DNA of 64,000 nt from Candidatus Poribacteria bacterium (GCA_965198175.1 OZ240245.1:896001-960000), one strand, 5' to 3'; shown: positions 53,692 through 62,773, numbered from the stretch's first letter. Program-made: numbers and translations. The notes: generated by a model not told the origin, from the sequence alone.

Positions 53692-55164
53692 GTGGATAAT
53701 GACAGTACACTCATTTGTCGCGCCCAAGCTGGGGATGAAGGTGCGTTTGTCGACCTGATACGGGCATATCACCCCTTCGTTTATGCAATTGTCGTTGCAA
53801 TCGTGAATAATCCACAAGATGCCGAAGAGATTGTCCAAGACACTTTTCTCAACGTCTATCGTGGTTTGGCGCAGTATGAGGAGAGGGCAAAATTCAAAAC
53901 TTGGCTCGCAGAGATTGCTCGAAATCGCGCACGAAGTTGGCTGAGAAAACAGCGGATTGATACTGTTCCTATTGACGAATTAAGCCTGCTTGATGAAGTC
54001 AGTAAACCCACCGTCAGGACGCAAGATTCGCCGGAAGAACAGTTGATTCGCCGTGAACAGAGCGAACTGATTCGTCGCGCACTCGGAACGCTATCGCCAA
54101 AAGAGCGGGAGATTGCACGCTCGTATTACGTTGACGGCGCGAGCTACGACGAACTAATGAGTACACACGGGCTGTCTTACAAAGCGATTTCGGTTCGGCT
54201 CTCGCGCGCCAAACAGAAACTCGCTAAACGGTTGGGTCATCTGCTCACTGGTGTGTTCGTTTCTCCGATAACCACACTCAAACAAATCTACTCAGGAGAT
54301 GTCATGAAAGTTGGAACAGTACCGAAAATCACTGCCGGGGCAGTAGCCGTCATTGTACTCGTCTTCATCGGGGCACGCCAGTTCATATTGTCGAAAGAGG
54401 ATTCGTCCCCTTCGGTCGAGGTTGTGACTTCAACTGAGTCCGCACAATCGGTCACCCAAAGGGATGCCACGCATAAAGGCGCGGTTACCGCACCCTCGCG
54501 TGAAGACAAGCCGCAAATCTCCGCAGCGGAGATGCAGCAGATTGAGGACTTCTTCGCTCAACTCGATGAATCAGACGCACAATCGGAGACAGATACGACA
54601 CAACTAGCAACGGACGCAGCATCCAATCGAGATTCCGATTCAGATAACGTCACCGATTCATCTATTGCATCAGAAGGCACAAGCTTATCCGCCGAAGAGT
54701 TGATGGACACTTATGTCGATGCATACAGGAATTCTGACTTTGAGGCATTGCTCCCGTACGTGGCAGGGGCTGCCAGAAATCACATTGAAACTACTTTGCA
54801 CATCTTCAGCGGTGGGTTTTCAGAAGACATAGCAAATCGTATTTCAGAAGAGATGTCAGAAGAAAAAGAAGCGATGTCGGAAGAAGAGGTGGTTAGTCTA
54901 CAGCAGATGATATTGGAGATAACGCAGAGTTCAAAAGTGCAGGCGAAGATACGGGAGATGGCACAGGGGATGTATGGCCAGATAGAGATTGTTCGGAGCG
55001 AATATGTCGGCGATGAATTTCACTTCGGATTGCGGGTACCAATGCCGAAACTACCGGGGTTGGCAGAACTACCTCCGGGGTTTCCAGAACTGCCAAAGAG
55101 CATAATTCGTCTCGTTAAGATGAGGAATGTTGATGGAGTGTGGATAATTTATGAAAGGGAATAA
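53692..55164 (+). CDS. ECF sigma fusion, unit 3
   Basis: same architecture; WLAEIARN, YKAISVRLSRAK. Confidence 0.92.
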   Translation: MDNDSTLICRAQAGDEGAFVDLIRAYHPFVYAIVVAIVNNPQDAEEIVQDTFLNVYRGLAQYEERAKFKTWLAEIARNRARSWLRKQRIDTVPIDELSLLDEVSKPTVRTQDSPEEQLIRREQSELIRRALGTLSPKEREIARSYYVDGASYDELMSTHGLSYKAISVRLSRAKQKLAKRLGHLLTGVFVSPITTLKQIYSGDVMKVGTVPKITAGAVAVIVLVFIGARQFILSKEDSSPSVEVVTSTESAQSVTQRDATHKGAVTAPSREDKPQISAAEMQQIEDFFAQLDESDAQSETDTTQLATDAASNRDSDSDNVTDSSIASEGTSLSAEELMDTYVDAYRNSDFEALLPYVAGAARNHIETTLHIFSGGFSEDIANRISEEMSEEKEAMSEEEVVSLQQMILEITQSSKVQAKIREMAQGMYGQIEIVRSEYVGDEFHFGLRVPMPKLPGLAELPPGFPELPKSIIRLVKMRNVDGVWIIYERE

Positions 55165-55201
55165 TCAATGAACTCCCAACCCAATTTCACAAGACTTCAC
55201 G

Positions 55202-55301
55202 AGGCGAATGGTCCAACCCATTCGCCTTTTTCATTTTCAACCCGCAAAAAATCTGTTATCCTGAGAACCCTTTAATCCAGTAAATCCTGATTCAGACAGT
55301 T
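55202..55301 (+). repeat. array terminator hairpin copy 4 plus ATCCT-rich element
   Basis: near-identical to 51811-51910. Confidence 0.85.
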
Positions 55302-55359
55302 CGGCAACAGATACACTCTGCTAATAATCTTCTCTTTCTGCCGAGAAATCGTCCGCCCG

Positions 55360-55388
55360 TGTAATTTTTCGGTCTTTTGCATTGTCTT
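55360..55388 (+). promoter_or_regulatory. ECF-type promoter P4
   Basis: TGTAAT-N17-TGTCTT. Confidence 0.6.
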
Positions 55389-55423
55389 ACTAAATGAAGC
55401 CATTCGGTGAGAGGAATAGAACC

Positions 55424-58015
55424 ATGTACACAGAAGATGGATACATCATCGGAAAATGTCTTAATGGGGAACCGGCGGCGTTTGGCTTGCTCGTCGATAA
55501 ATACAAGTCGAGCGTCTACGCTCTCGCTTACACAAAGCTTAGAAACTTCCACGATGCTGAAGATGTCACTCAAGAGGTTTTTATTAAAGCCTATCAGAAG
55601 CTCTCTACCCTCAAGCGGCGGGATAATTTCTTGGCGTGGCTATTCTCGATTACCGTTAATTCGTGTAAAAATTTTCTCACATCACGGGCACGCCGTCCAG
55701 ATGGGGACTACATCGAAGACCAAGATGCGACGGTCTGGGACGCGCCCTCAATTGATACCTATCGAAGCGAATCCGCAGCCGAATCCATCCGCGAGGCAAT
55801 AGATCAACTGCCCGAAATCTATCGACAGACGTTGACGCTCTACTATCTTGGTGGTCTGAGCAGCAAAGAGATTGCGCGGTTTTTGGGGACTTCTGTCAAC
55901 ACCGTCAACCAGCGGCTGATGCGAGCCAGAACCAAACTGAAGGAGGAGTTAATCGCGATGATAGACACCACATTTGCAGAGAAAAAATTACAGTCTGGCT
56001 TTACGTTCCGAATCGTCGACGCTATTAAATCAACCAAAGTGCAACCAATTTCAACGAAGCCGTTGCTTCCGTTCATCGGTTCGGCGACAGTCGGGATTGT
56101 TCTAACCTTTATGCTTTCCAATCAATTTCTCCGTCCAGTCGCTACGCCCGGCGATTTCACCAGTTCACCGCTTCCCAGCGAAATCCAGATGACAATGTTT
56201 GGAGAGATTCCAGTTGAACTCGTTGCTGATGCGTCCAAACCGCCGACGGTTCTTGGTGAACGCGGAACGGGGGTTGTCGGCAATTCGCACGAGCAACCGC
56301 GTCAGATGAACGCCGCCGCAGTTAAAATTTCAAAGACCGAGATACCGGCGTCGTACAAACTGGACAATGGACTAACAGTCATTCTACGCCCCGTTCCCTC
56401 ATCAAGCCAAGTGGCGATTGTACTGCTGTACGATTTGGGACGCGACCACGACTCCACCAGCAAAGTGCACGTAATCGAGCGCCTGTATTGGACCGCTACA
56501 GCGGGGGACACGCCAGCACTTGACGTCGTGCAGCGTCTGAACCGCTATGTCACGGGCCCGATTGCTTACGCAGGCTTCGAATACACCGTTTTTGGAGGCG
56601 TCGTCCAAGCAGAACAATTCCCAGCGGAGTTAAGAGATGCGGCGGCTCGCATGAACCATCTGCGCATCACCGAAGCCAATCTGGATCGCGAGTTGCGCGA
56701 TGCGCCCGGGCACGTAGAGGCTATGGCTCTTGACGAACTCCAGCAGTTTTGGCAGGATTACTACAAGCCGAACAACGCCGTACTTGCCATCGCAGGCGGG
56801 TTTGACGTTGCCGATGCGCGAAGGTTAATTCACCAAAAATTCAGTCAAATCTCGCCCGGAGTATCGCCGCCCGCAAAGCCGCCCAAATCTGAAGCGAAGA
56901 CTGGCGAGATACGGGTTCTCACTGCAAAACCTCTGAACGAAGATACGAACGGCGTCGCAGCGATCGAATATGCCGCACCGCCACCTGGGAGCAAGCAATA
57001 CGCGCCGTTCCTGATAGTCGTTTCGCGATTGCTGACAAACCCAGAAAATTTGTCTCAGTCGGGCAAAGCACAACCAATTACTGTGTATTTTGCACCGCTG
57101 GAGGATGGGACCACGCTTGTGCTCCAAATCGACCTGCTATCTGACGAAGATGCTGAGTCCGCACTGGAACGACTCGACCAACGCCTAAACATGGCACTGA
57201 CGCCGAAACTTACGCCGGAGGACAAACAGCGAACGCTCAACGCAATGGCAATGTTGGGCACAGTTGATACGCCGCCGGATACCATGTGGACGCAAAATTT
57301 GTACGGTTTAGCTTTCAGCACCGGTCGTCGGTATCAACTGAAACTGGATGGCAACGAGTTGCGTGATGCCATCCAGCGTGTCACTGATGCAGACATGCAG
57401 CACTTGGCAACGAGTGTATTCGCTCCAGATAAGCGCGACACCGTCATCGTTGGAGAGAACACCCTCGCTCAAATCGAAGAATCGGAGGTGGACACCTCGC
57501 TACTACCGTCAGAATCCGAAACCGAGTCCAGCACAACCGACACCAATGCATCCGCCGAAGAGGTGATGAACGCCTATGTAGAGGCATACAGAAATCTTGA
57601 CCTTGAGACGATGCTCTCCTATGTGACAGGCACCGCCCGAGAAGTGGTAAAAAGTTTTATGGGCATGTTTAGCGGTGAGATCCCAGAAGAGCTTGTAGAT
57701 ATGTATAAAATTGGGCTTTCAGAAGAAATGGCGGGCTTTATAATTCAGATGTTAAAGGAAATGGCGCAGAATCCGATGATGCAATATATATTTAGTCAGG
57801 TAGAGGTGGTGAGCAGCGAATTTGTCGGCGATGAATTCCACTTCCAATTGAGAATACCGATGCCCAGGATAGAGATACCGGACATATCGGAGATTCCCGA
57901 ACTACAAGGGATAGAACTGCCGGAGATGCCCGAACACCAGGAGATGCCAGATACGACGCTTAAGATGCGAAAAGAGGACGGTGTATGGCGAATTTACGAA
58001 ATTATTGATAAGTAG
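55424..58015 (+). CDS. ECF sigma fusion, unit 4: different sigma subfamily, TM, degenerate M16 peptidase-like region and the shared C-terminal domain
   Basis: DAEDVTQEVF, VNTVNQRLMRAR; YKLDNGLTVILRP, HVIER, YYKPNNAVLAIAGGFD; EFVGDEFHF, KMRKEDGVWRIY. Confidence 0.88.
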   Translation: MYTEDGYIIGKCLNGEPAAFGLLVDKYKSSVYALAYTKLRNFHDAEDVTQEVFIKAYQKLSTLKRRDNFLAWLFSITVNSCKNFLTSRARRPDGDYIEDQDATVWDAPSIDTYRSESAAESIREAIDQLPEIYRQTLTLYYLGGLSSKEIARFLGTSVNTVNQRLMRARTKLKEELIAMIDTTFAEKKLQSGFTFRIVDAIKSTKVQPISTKPLLPFIGSATVGIVLTFMLSNQFLRPVATPGDFTSSPLPSEIQMTMFGEIPVELVADASKPPTVLGERGTGVVGNSHEQPRQMNAAAVKISKTEIPASYKLDNGLTVILRPVPSSSQVAIVLLYDLGRDHDSTSKVHVIERLYWTATAGDTPALDVVQRLNRYVTGPIAYAGFEYTVFGGVVQAEQFPAELRDAAARMNHLRITEANLDRELRDAPGHVEAMALDELQQFWQDYYKPNNAVLAIAGGFDVADARRLIHQKFSQISPGVSPPAKPPKSEAKTGEIRVLTAKPLNEDTNGVAAIEYAAPPPGSKQYAPFLIVVSRLLTNPENLSQSGKAQPITVYFAPLEDGTTLVLQIDLLSDEDAESALERLDQRLNMALTPKLTPEDKQRTLNAMAMLGTVDTPPDTMWTQNLYGLAFSTGRRYQLKLDGNELRDAIQRVTDADMQHLATSVFAPDKRDTVIVGENTLAQIEESEVDTSLLPSESETESSTTDTNASAEEVMNAYVEAYRNLDLETMLSYVTGTAREVVKSFMGMFSGEIPEELVDMYKIGLSEEMAGFIIQMLKEMAQNPMMQYIFSQVEVVSSEFVGDEFHFQLRIPMPRIEIPDISEIPELQGIELPEMPEHQEMPDTTLKMRKEDGVWRIYEIIDK

Positions 58016-58066
58016 TAGAAACGGGGCTCTTTACCAACCCGCAACCGAATCCCCCAAAACTTCATC

Positions 58067-58166
58067 AGGCGAATGGTCAACCCATTCGCCTTTTTTTCTT
58101 TGTAGACCGCGGAAAATCTGTTATCCTGAGAATCCTTTAATCCTGTAAATCCTGATCCAGACAGTT
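58067..58166 (+). repeat. array terminator hairpin copy 5 plus ATCCT-rich element
   Basis: near-identical to the other copies. Confidence 0.85.
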
Positions 58167-58182
58167 AAATCCCCAAAAAAAG

Positions 58183-58211
58183 TGCTAGAAAAAATGGCAG
58201 AACATCGTTAT
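58183..58211 (+). promoter_or_regulatory. ECF-type promoter P5
   Basis: TGCTAG-N17-CGTTAT. Confidence 0.75.
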
Positions 58212-58246
58212 GTTTGATTAAGGGGTATAAGGAGGAATGAGGAACA

Positions 58247-59668
58247 GTGGCTAGCACTAAAGCTCTCATTCGCCGCGTCCAAGCGGGTGACGAAGGTGCA
58301 TTCACGGAGTTAATGCGGGTGCATTACGCCTTCGTTTATGCGATTGTAATCGGGATCGTGAGCAATCCCAACGATGCTGAGGAAGTAGTCCAAGACACCT
58401 TTCTAAACGCCTACCGCGGTTTGGCGCAGTATGAAGATCGGGAAACTTTCAAAAACTGGCTGGCAGAGATTGCCCGAAACAGCGCGCGAGATTGGCTGCG
58501 AAAACTGCGTGTCAATACTGTTCCCATTGACGAGGTGAGCGAGCATACACTTTCAACCCCGGACGCACCCGAGGAACAGCTGATACGCGACGAACAGAGG
58601 GAACTTATTCGCCGTGCAATGCGAACACTCTCGCCAAAAGATGCGGAGATTGCTCGAGCCTACTATCTTGATGGCGCAAGTTACGACGAACTGATTCGGA
58701 CGCATGGGCTGTCTTACAAAGCGATTTCGTTTCGGCTCTCGCGCGCCAAGCAGAAACTCGCCAAGCGATTGGGTCATATGCTCACTGGTGTGTTCGTTTC
58801 TCCGATAACCTCACTCAAACAGATCTACTCAGGAGGATTAACCGTCATGAAAGTTGGAACCGTACCCAAAATTACTGCCGGGGTAGTAGCTATTATTGTA
58901 CTCGCCTTCATCGGGACACGTCAGTTCATATCGTCGAAGGAGGATTCGTCCGCATCGGTTGAGATTGTAACGTCAGCGCCAAATGAGACCGCAAACTCGG
59001 TCGCCCAAACGGACACCGCTCGTAAAGACGCGGTCACCGCAACCCTGCGTGAAGACAAGCCGCAAATCTCCGCAGAGGAAATGGAGCAGATTGAGGACTT
59101 CTTCGCGCAACTCGAAGGTGCAGACCTTCAATCAGAGATGGGTACGCCACAATCCTCATCAGACACAGTAGTTGCTCAAAACACTGATGGACAAATCACA
59201 ACCGACACCGATGTGTTTGCTGAAGACATAGAACAAAGCGCCGAAGAGGTGATGAACACTTATTTGGAGGCATTTAAGACGCTTGACTTTGAGGCACTAC
59301 GCCCGTTATTGACAGGGACTGCTAAAGAAGACCTGGAACGTAATTTACCTGACCTGAAAAATAATTTGGCGGAAATCAATGAGAATAAGGCAGATCCGGT
59401 GCTCAGGCGGATGGTTGAGTTGACGTTAGACCGCATGCGTGGTGGGCTCGAGGTTGTTAGCAGCGAATATGTCGGCGATGAATTCCACTTCCGAGTGAGA
59501 ACGCTCTCACCACAACTCGGAGCACTGATAGAATTGTTGATGCGGGATATGCCGGAAGAGCTACGGGCGGAACTGCCGGAACCCGATATACCAGAGTTGC
59601 CGGAAAGCTTAGAAAACGTTGTTAAGATGCGAAAAGAGGATGGGGTGTGGCTCATTTATGAGGATTGA
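58247..59668 (+). CDS. ECF sigma fusion, unit 5
   Basis: WLAEIARN, YKAISFRLSRAK; shared C-terminal architecture. Confidence 0.92.
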   Translation: MASTKALIRRVQAGDEGAFTELMRVHYAFVYAIVIGIVSNPNDAEEVVQDTFLNAYRGLAQYEDRETFKNWLAEIARNSARDWLRKLRVNTVPIDEVSEHTLSTPDAPEEQLIRDEQRELIRRAMRTLSPKDAEIARAYYLDGASYDELIRTHGLSYKAISFRLSRAKQKLAKRLGHMLTGVFVSPITSLKQIYSGGLTVMKVGTVPKITAGVVAIIVLAFIGTRQFISSKEDSSASVEIVTSAPNETANSVAQTDTARKDAVTATLREDKPQISAEEMEQIEDFFAQLEGADLQSEMGTPQSSSDTVVAQNTDGQITTDTDVFAEDIEQSAEEVMNTYLEAFKTLDFEALRPLLTGTAKEDLERNLPDLKNNLAEINENKADPVLRRMVELTLDRMRGGLEVVSSEYVGDEFHFRVRTLSPQLGALIELLMRDMPEELRAELPEPDIPELPESLENVVKMRKEDGVWLIYED

Positions 59669-59707
59669 AGTCGAGCAACCCGTATCCCAATCCCACAAAA
59701 CTTCATC

Positions 59708-59807
59708 AGGCGAATGGTTCAATCCATTCGCCTTTTTTATTTTCAGCTCGCGGAAAATCTGTTATCCTGAGAATCCTTTAATCCTGTAAATCCTGATCCA
59801 GATAGTT
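59708..59807 (+). repeat. array terminator hairpin copy 6 plus ATCCT-rich element
   Basis: near-identical to the other copies. Confidence 0.85.
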
Positions 59808-59823
59808 GAATACTCCAAAAAAG

Positions 59824-59852
59824 CGCTAGAATAATCTCAGAAACTGTGTTCT
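59824..59852 (+). promoter_or_regulatory. ECF-type promoter P6
   Basis: CGCTAG-N17-TGTTCT. Confidence 0.75.
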
Positions 59853-59883
59853 GTATAGAGTAGATGGAAGGGAATGAATAACG

Positions 59884-61368
59884 GTGACGAACGACGATAC
59901 GCTCATTTCTCGTGCCCAAGCGGGGGACGAAGGTGCATTCACTGAATTGATGCGGGCGCATTATGCCTTCATTTATGCGATTGTAATCGGAATCGTGAAC
60001 AATCGCAACGATGCTGAGGAAGTGGTCCAAGACACCTTTCTAAACGCCTACCGCGGTTTGGCGCAGTATGAGGAACAGACCAAACTCAAAAGTTGGCTGG
60101 CAAAAATTGCGCGAAATCGTGCGCTAAACTGGCTGCGAGAACAGCGGATTGACACAGTATCCATCGACGAAGTGAGCGAAGATACACTTCAGTCTACGGA
60201 CTCGCCTGACGAACAGTTGATACGCCGCGAACAGAGAGAACTGATTCGCCGTGCAATGGAAACGTTGTCGAAAAAAGATAGGGACATCGCTCAATCGTAC
60301 TATCTTGATGGCGCAAGTTACGACGAACTGATTCGGACGCATGGGCTGTCATACAAGGCGATTTCGTTTCGACTCTCGCGTGCCAAACAGAAACTCGCCA
60401 AACGGTTGGGTCATCTGCTCACTGGGGTGTTCGTTTCTCCGATAACCTCACTCAAACAGATCTACTCAGGAGGATTAACCGTCATGAAAGTTGGAACAGT
60501 ACCCAAAATCACTGCCGGTGCAGTAGCCATCATTGTACTCGCCTTCATCGGGACACGCCAGTTCATATCGTCGAAGGAGGATTCGTCCGCATCGGTTGAG
60601 GTCGCAACATCAACACCAAATGAGTCCGCAAACTCGGTTGCCCAAAGGAACGGCACGCGTAAAGGTGCGGTTACCGCGCCCTTACCCGAAGACAAGCCGC
60701 AAATCTCCGCAGAGGAAATGGAGCAGATTGAGGACTTCTTCGCGCAACTCGAAGGTGCAGACGCGCAATCGGAGACAGATACGACACAACAAGCAACGGA
60801 CGCAGTATCTGATCGAGATTCCGAATCAGGCAACACCGATCCATCTGTTGCATCAGAAGGCGCGGGCTTATCCGCTGAAGAAGTAATGAACGCTTATGTA
60901 GAGGCATTTAGGAACGTGGATTTTGAGGCAACACTCCCATTCGTGACAGGGACTTACAGAGACCATATTGAAGCTAGTTTACCTATCCTCGGTGGGGAGA
61001 TTCCAGAAGAATTCGTAATTGAAATCTTAAATGCAATTGAAGACAATATGCCAGAAGGGGTGCCAGAAGCGTTGTTAGAAGAAACGAGAGAATTTGTGAT
61101 TCAGTCTATACAGAAGGGACTGGATGCAATTCAATCTCCGGAAGGACAGGCGAAGATGCGGGAGGGTTATAGTCAGATAGAGATTGTGAGTAGTGAATAT
61201 GTCGGCGATGAATTTCATTTCCGATTAGAAGCGCCAACGTCGGATGACCCCGCGAACACTGGATTCGTTCTTAAGATGCGAAAAGTGGACGGGGAGTGGC
61301 GAATTTATGATGGGAAGGGTAATATACTGATGGACGAATTATTTACGATGGAAAAGGTAATATACTGA
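59884..61368 (+). CDS. ECF sigma fusion, unit 6
   Basis: WLAKIARN, YKAISFRLSRAK; shared C-terminal architecture. Confidence 0.92.
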   Translation: MTNDDTLISRAQAGDEGAFTELMRAHYAFIYAIVIGIVNNRNDAEEVVQDTFLNAYRGLAQYEEQTKLKSWLAKIARNRALNWLREQRIDTVSIDEVSEDTLQSTDSPDEQLIRREQRELIRRAMETLSKKDRDIAQSYYLDGASYDELIRTHGLSYKAISFRLSRAKQKLAKRLGHLLTGVFVSPITSLKQIYSGGLTVMKVGTVPKITAGAVAIIVLAFIGTRQFISSKEDSSASVEVATSTPNESANSVAQRNGTRKGAVTAPLPEDKPQISAEEMEQIEDFFAQLEGADAQSETDTTQQATDAVSDRDSESGNTDPSVASEGAGLSAEEVMNAYVEAFRNVDFEATLPFVTGTYRDHIEASLPILGGEIPEEFVIEILNAIEDNMPEGVPEALLEETREFVIQSIQKGLDAIQSPEGQAKMREGYSQIEIVSSEYVGDEFHFRLEAPTSDDPANTGFVLKMRKVDGEWRIYDGKGNILMDELFTMEKVIY

Positions 61369-61409
61369 TGGATTAGACCAACTCTCACTTCGCTCCGTTA
61401 GACTTCATC

Positions 61410-61438
61410 AGGCGAATGGTTCAACCCATTCGCCTTTT
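61410..61438 (+). terminator. array terminator hairpin copy 7, overlapping the rarA 3' end
   Basis: AGGCGAATGGTTCAACCCATTCGCCTTTT; the rarA stop TGA (61421-23, minus strand) lies in the loop. Confidence 0.8.
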
Positions 61439-62773
61439 CTTATTTTTCACTTTTTCCAGATATTCACGGATGACCGCTTCATAGCCGATGTCGGTCGGTT
61501 CATAGTAGCGTCGCCCGCGTAAGGCGTCGGGGAGATATTCAATGTCGGCGATGTGTTCTTCAAAATCGTGAGCGTACTGGTACCCCTTTCCGTAGCCGAG
61601 CTCTCGCATCAGTTGCGTCGGCGCATTTCGCAAGTGGAGTGGCACCGGGTAGGCGGATTTTTCCCGTACATCTTTCTGAGCCGCCAGCAAAGCCAGATAG
61701 GAGGCGTTGCTCTTCGGAGCACACGCGAGGTAGGTCGCAGCCTGAGCCAAATTGAGTTGCGCCTCTGGAAGCCCTACGAACTCCACGGCGCGTGCCGCTG
61801 CATCCGCAACCAACAACGCCTGCGGATCAGCATTGCCGACATCTTCTGACGCCAAAATGACCATTCGCCGTGCGATGAAACGTGCATCCTCACCGGCTTC
61901 CAGCAGCCTCGCCAGCCAATAGATGGCGGCGTCCGCATCCGACCCCCGCAGACTCTTAATGAACGCCGAAATCAAATTGTAATGTTCATCGCCAGCTTTG
62001 TCGTGACGCAGCATCCGCTTCTGCGCGGCGCGATGAATAGTCTCCGCATCCAAGTGACGGATTTGCTGCGAATCAGGCTTGCACGTTTGCACCGCGAGCT
62101 CCAACGCATTGAGGGCGAGTCGCACATCGCCATCAGCAATCCGAACGAGAGCGTCCATAGCGGTCTCTGAGAGTGCGACTCGATACTTCCCTAGACCCCG
62201 TTCAGCATCGCGGACTGCCGTATCCACAATCTGCTGGACGTGGTGCGATTCCAGCGGGTGGAACGGGTAGACCTGCATGCGAGAGAGGAGCGGAGCATTC
62301 ACCTCAAAGGAAGGGTTTTCGGTCGTCGCACCAATCAGCACAATTGTCCCATTTTCCACAAAGGACAGTAGGAAATCCTGCTGCCCCTTGTTAAAACGGT
62401 GAATCTCGTCCAGGAATAAGATGGTGAGTTGATTCTGGACTTTGAGCCGTTCCTGGGCGTGGGCGATTCGTTTGCGCAATTCCGGCACGCCCGTCGTGCT
62501 AGCGTTAATAGGCTCAAAGTGCGATTTTGAATACTGAGCGATGATATGTGCCAAGGTAGTCTTCCCACACCCCGGCGGACCCCAAAAGATGCAGGACATC
62601 ATCACGTCACCTTCAATGGCAAGACGAAGAGGTTGCCCTTTCTCCAACAGATGCTCCTGCCCAACAAATCCATCCAGCGAATTGGGGCGTACCCGATGCG
62701 CTAGAGGTCCCGTTCCTTTGTGGGACTGCTGCCCAGAGTCGAACAGATTGATTGGGGTTCCTGCCTCATTCAC
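61421..62773 (-). CDS. rarA: replication-associated recombination protein A (MgsA)
   Basis: [53 protein letters not shown]. Confidence 0.97.
   Translation of the reverse strand: MNEAGTPINLFDSGQQSHKGTGPLAHRVRPNSLDGFVGQEHLLEKGQPLRLAIEGDVMMSCIFWGPPGCGKTTLAHIIAQYSKSHFEPINASTTGVPELRKRIAHAQERLKVQNQLTILFLDEIHRFNKGQQDFLLSFVENGTIVLIGATTENPSFEVNAPLLSRMQVYPFHPLESHHVQQIVDTAVRDAERGLGKYRVALSETAMDALVRIADGDVRLALNALELAVQTCKPDSQQIRHLDAETIHRAAQKRMLRHDKAGDEHYNLISAFIKSLRGSDADAAIYWLARLLEAGEDARFIARRMVILASEDVGNADPQALLVADAAARAVEFVGLPEAQLNLAQAATYLACAPKSNASYLALLAAQKDVREKSAYPVPLHLRNAPTQLMRELGYGKGYQYAHDFEEHIADIEYLPDALRGRRYYEPTDIGYEAVIREYLEKVKNKKRRMG

Noticed and set aside
47760..61340. Diversity-generating retroelement behind the variable C-termini
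   Set aside because: No reverse transcriptase or template repeat; variation involves length changes, not adenine-specific substitutions.
48295..61438. Cassette hairpins as integron attC sites or CRISPR repeats
   Set aside because: I did not see attC RYYYAAC/GTTRRRY architecture and there is no intI in the window. Spacing is kilobases and the shape (stem plus T-run) is terminator-like.
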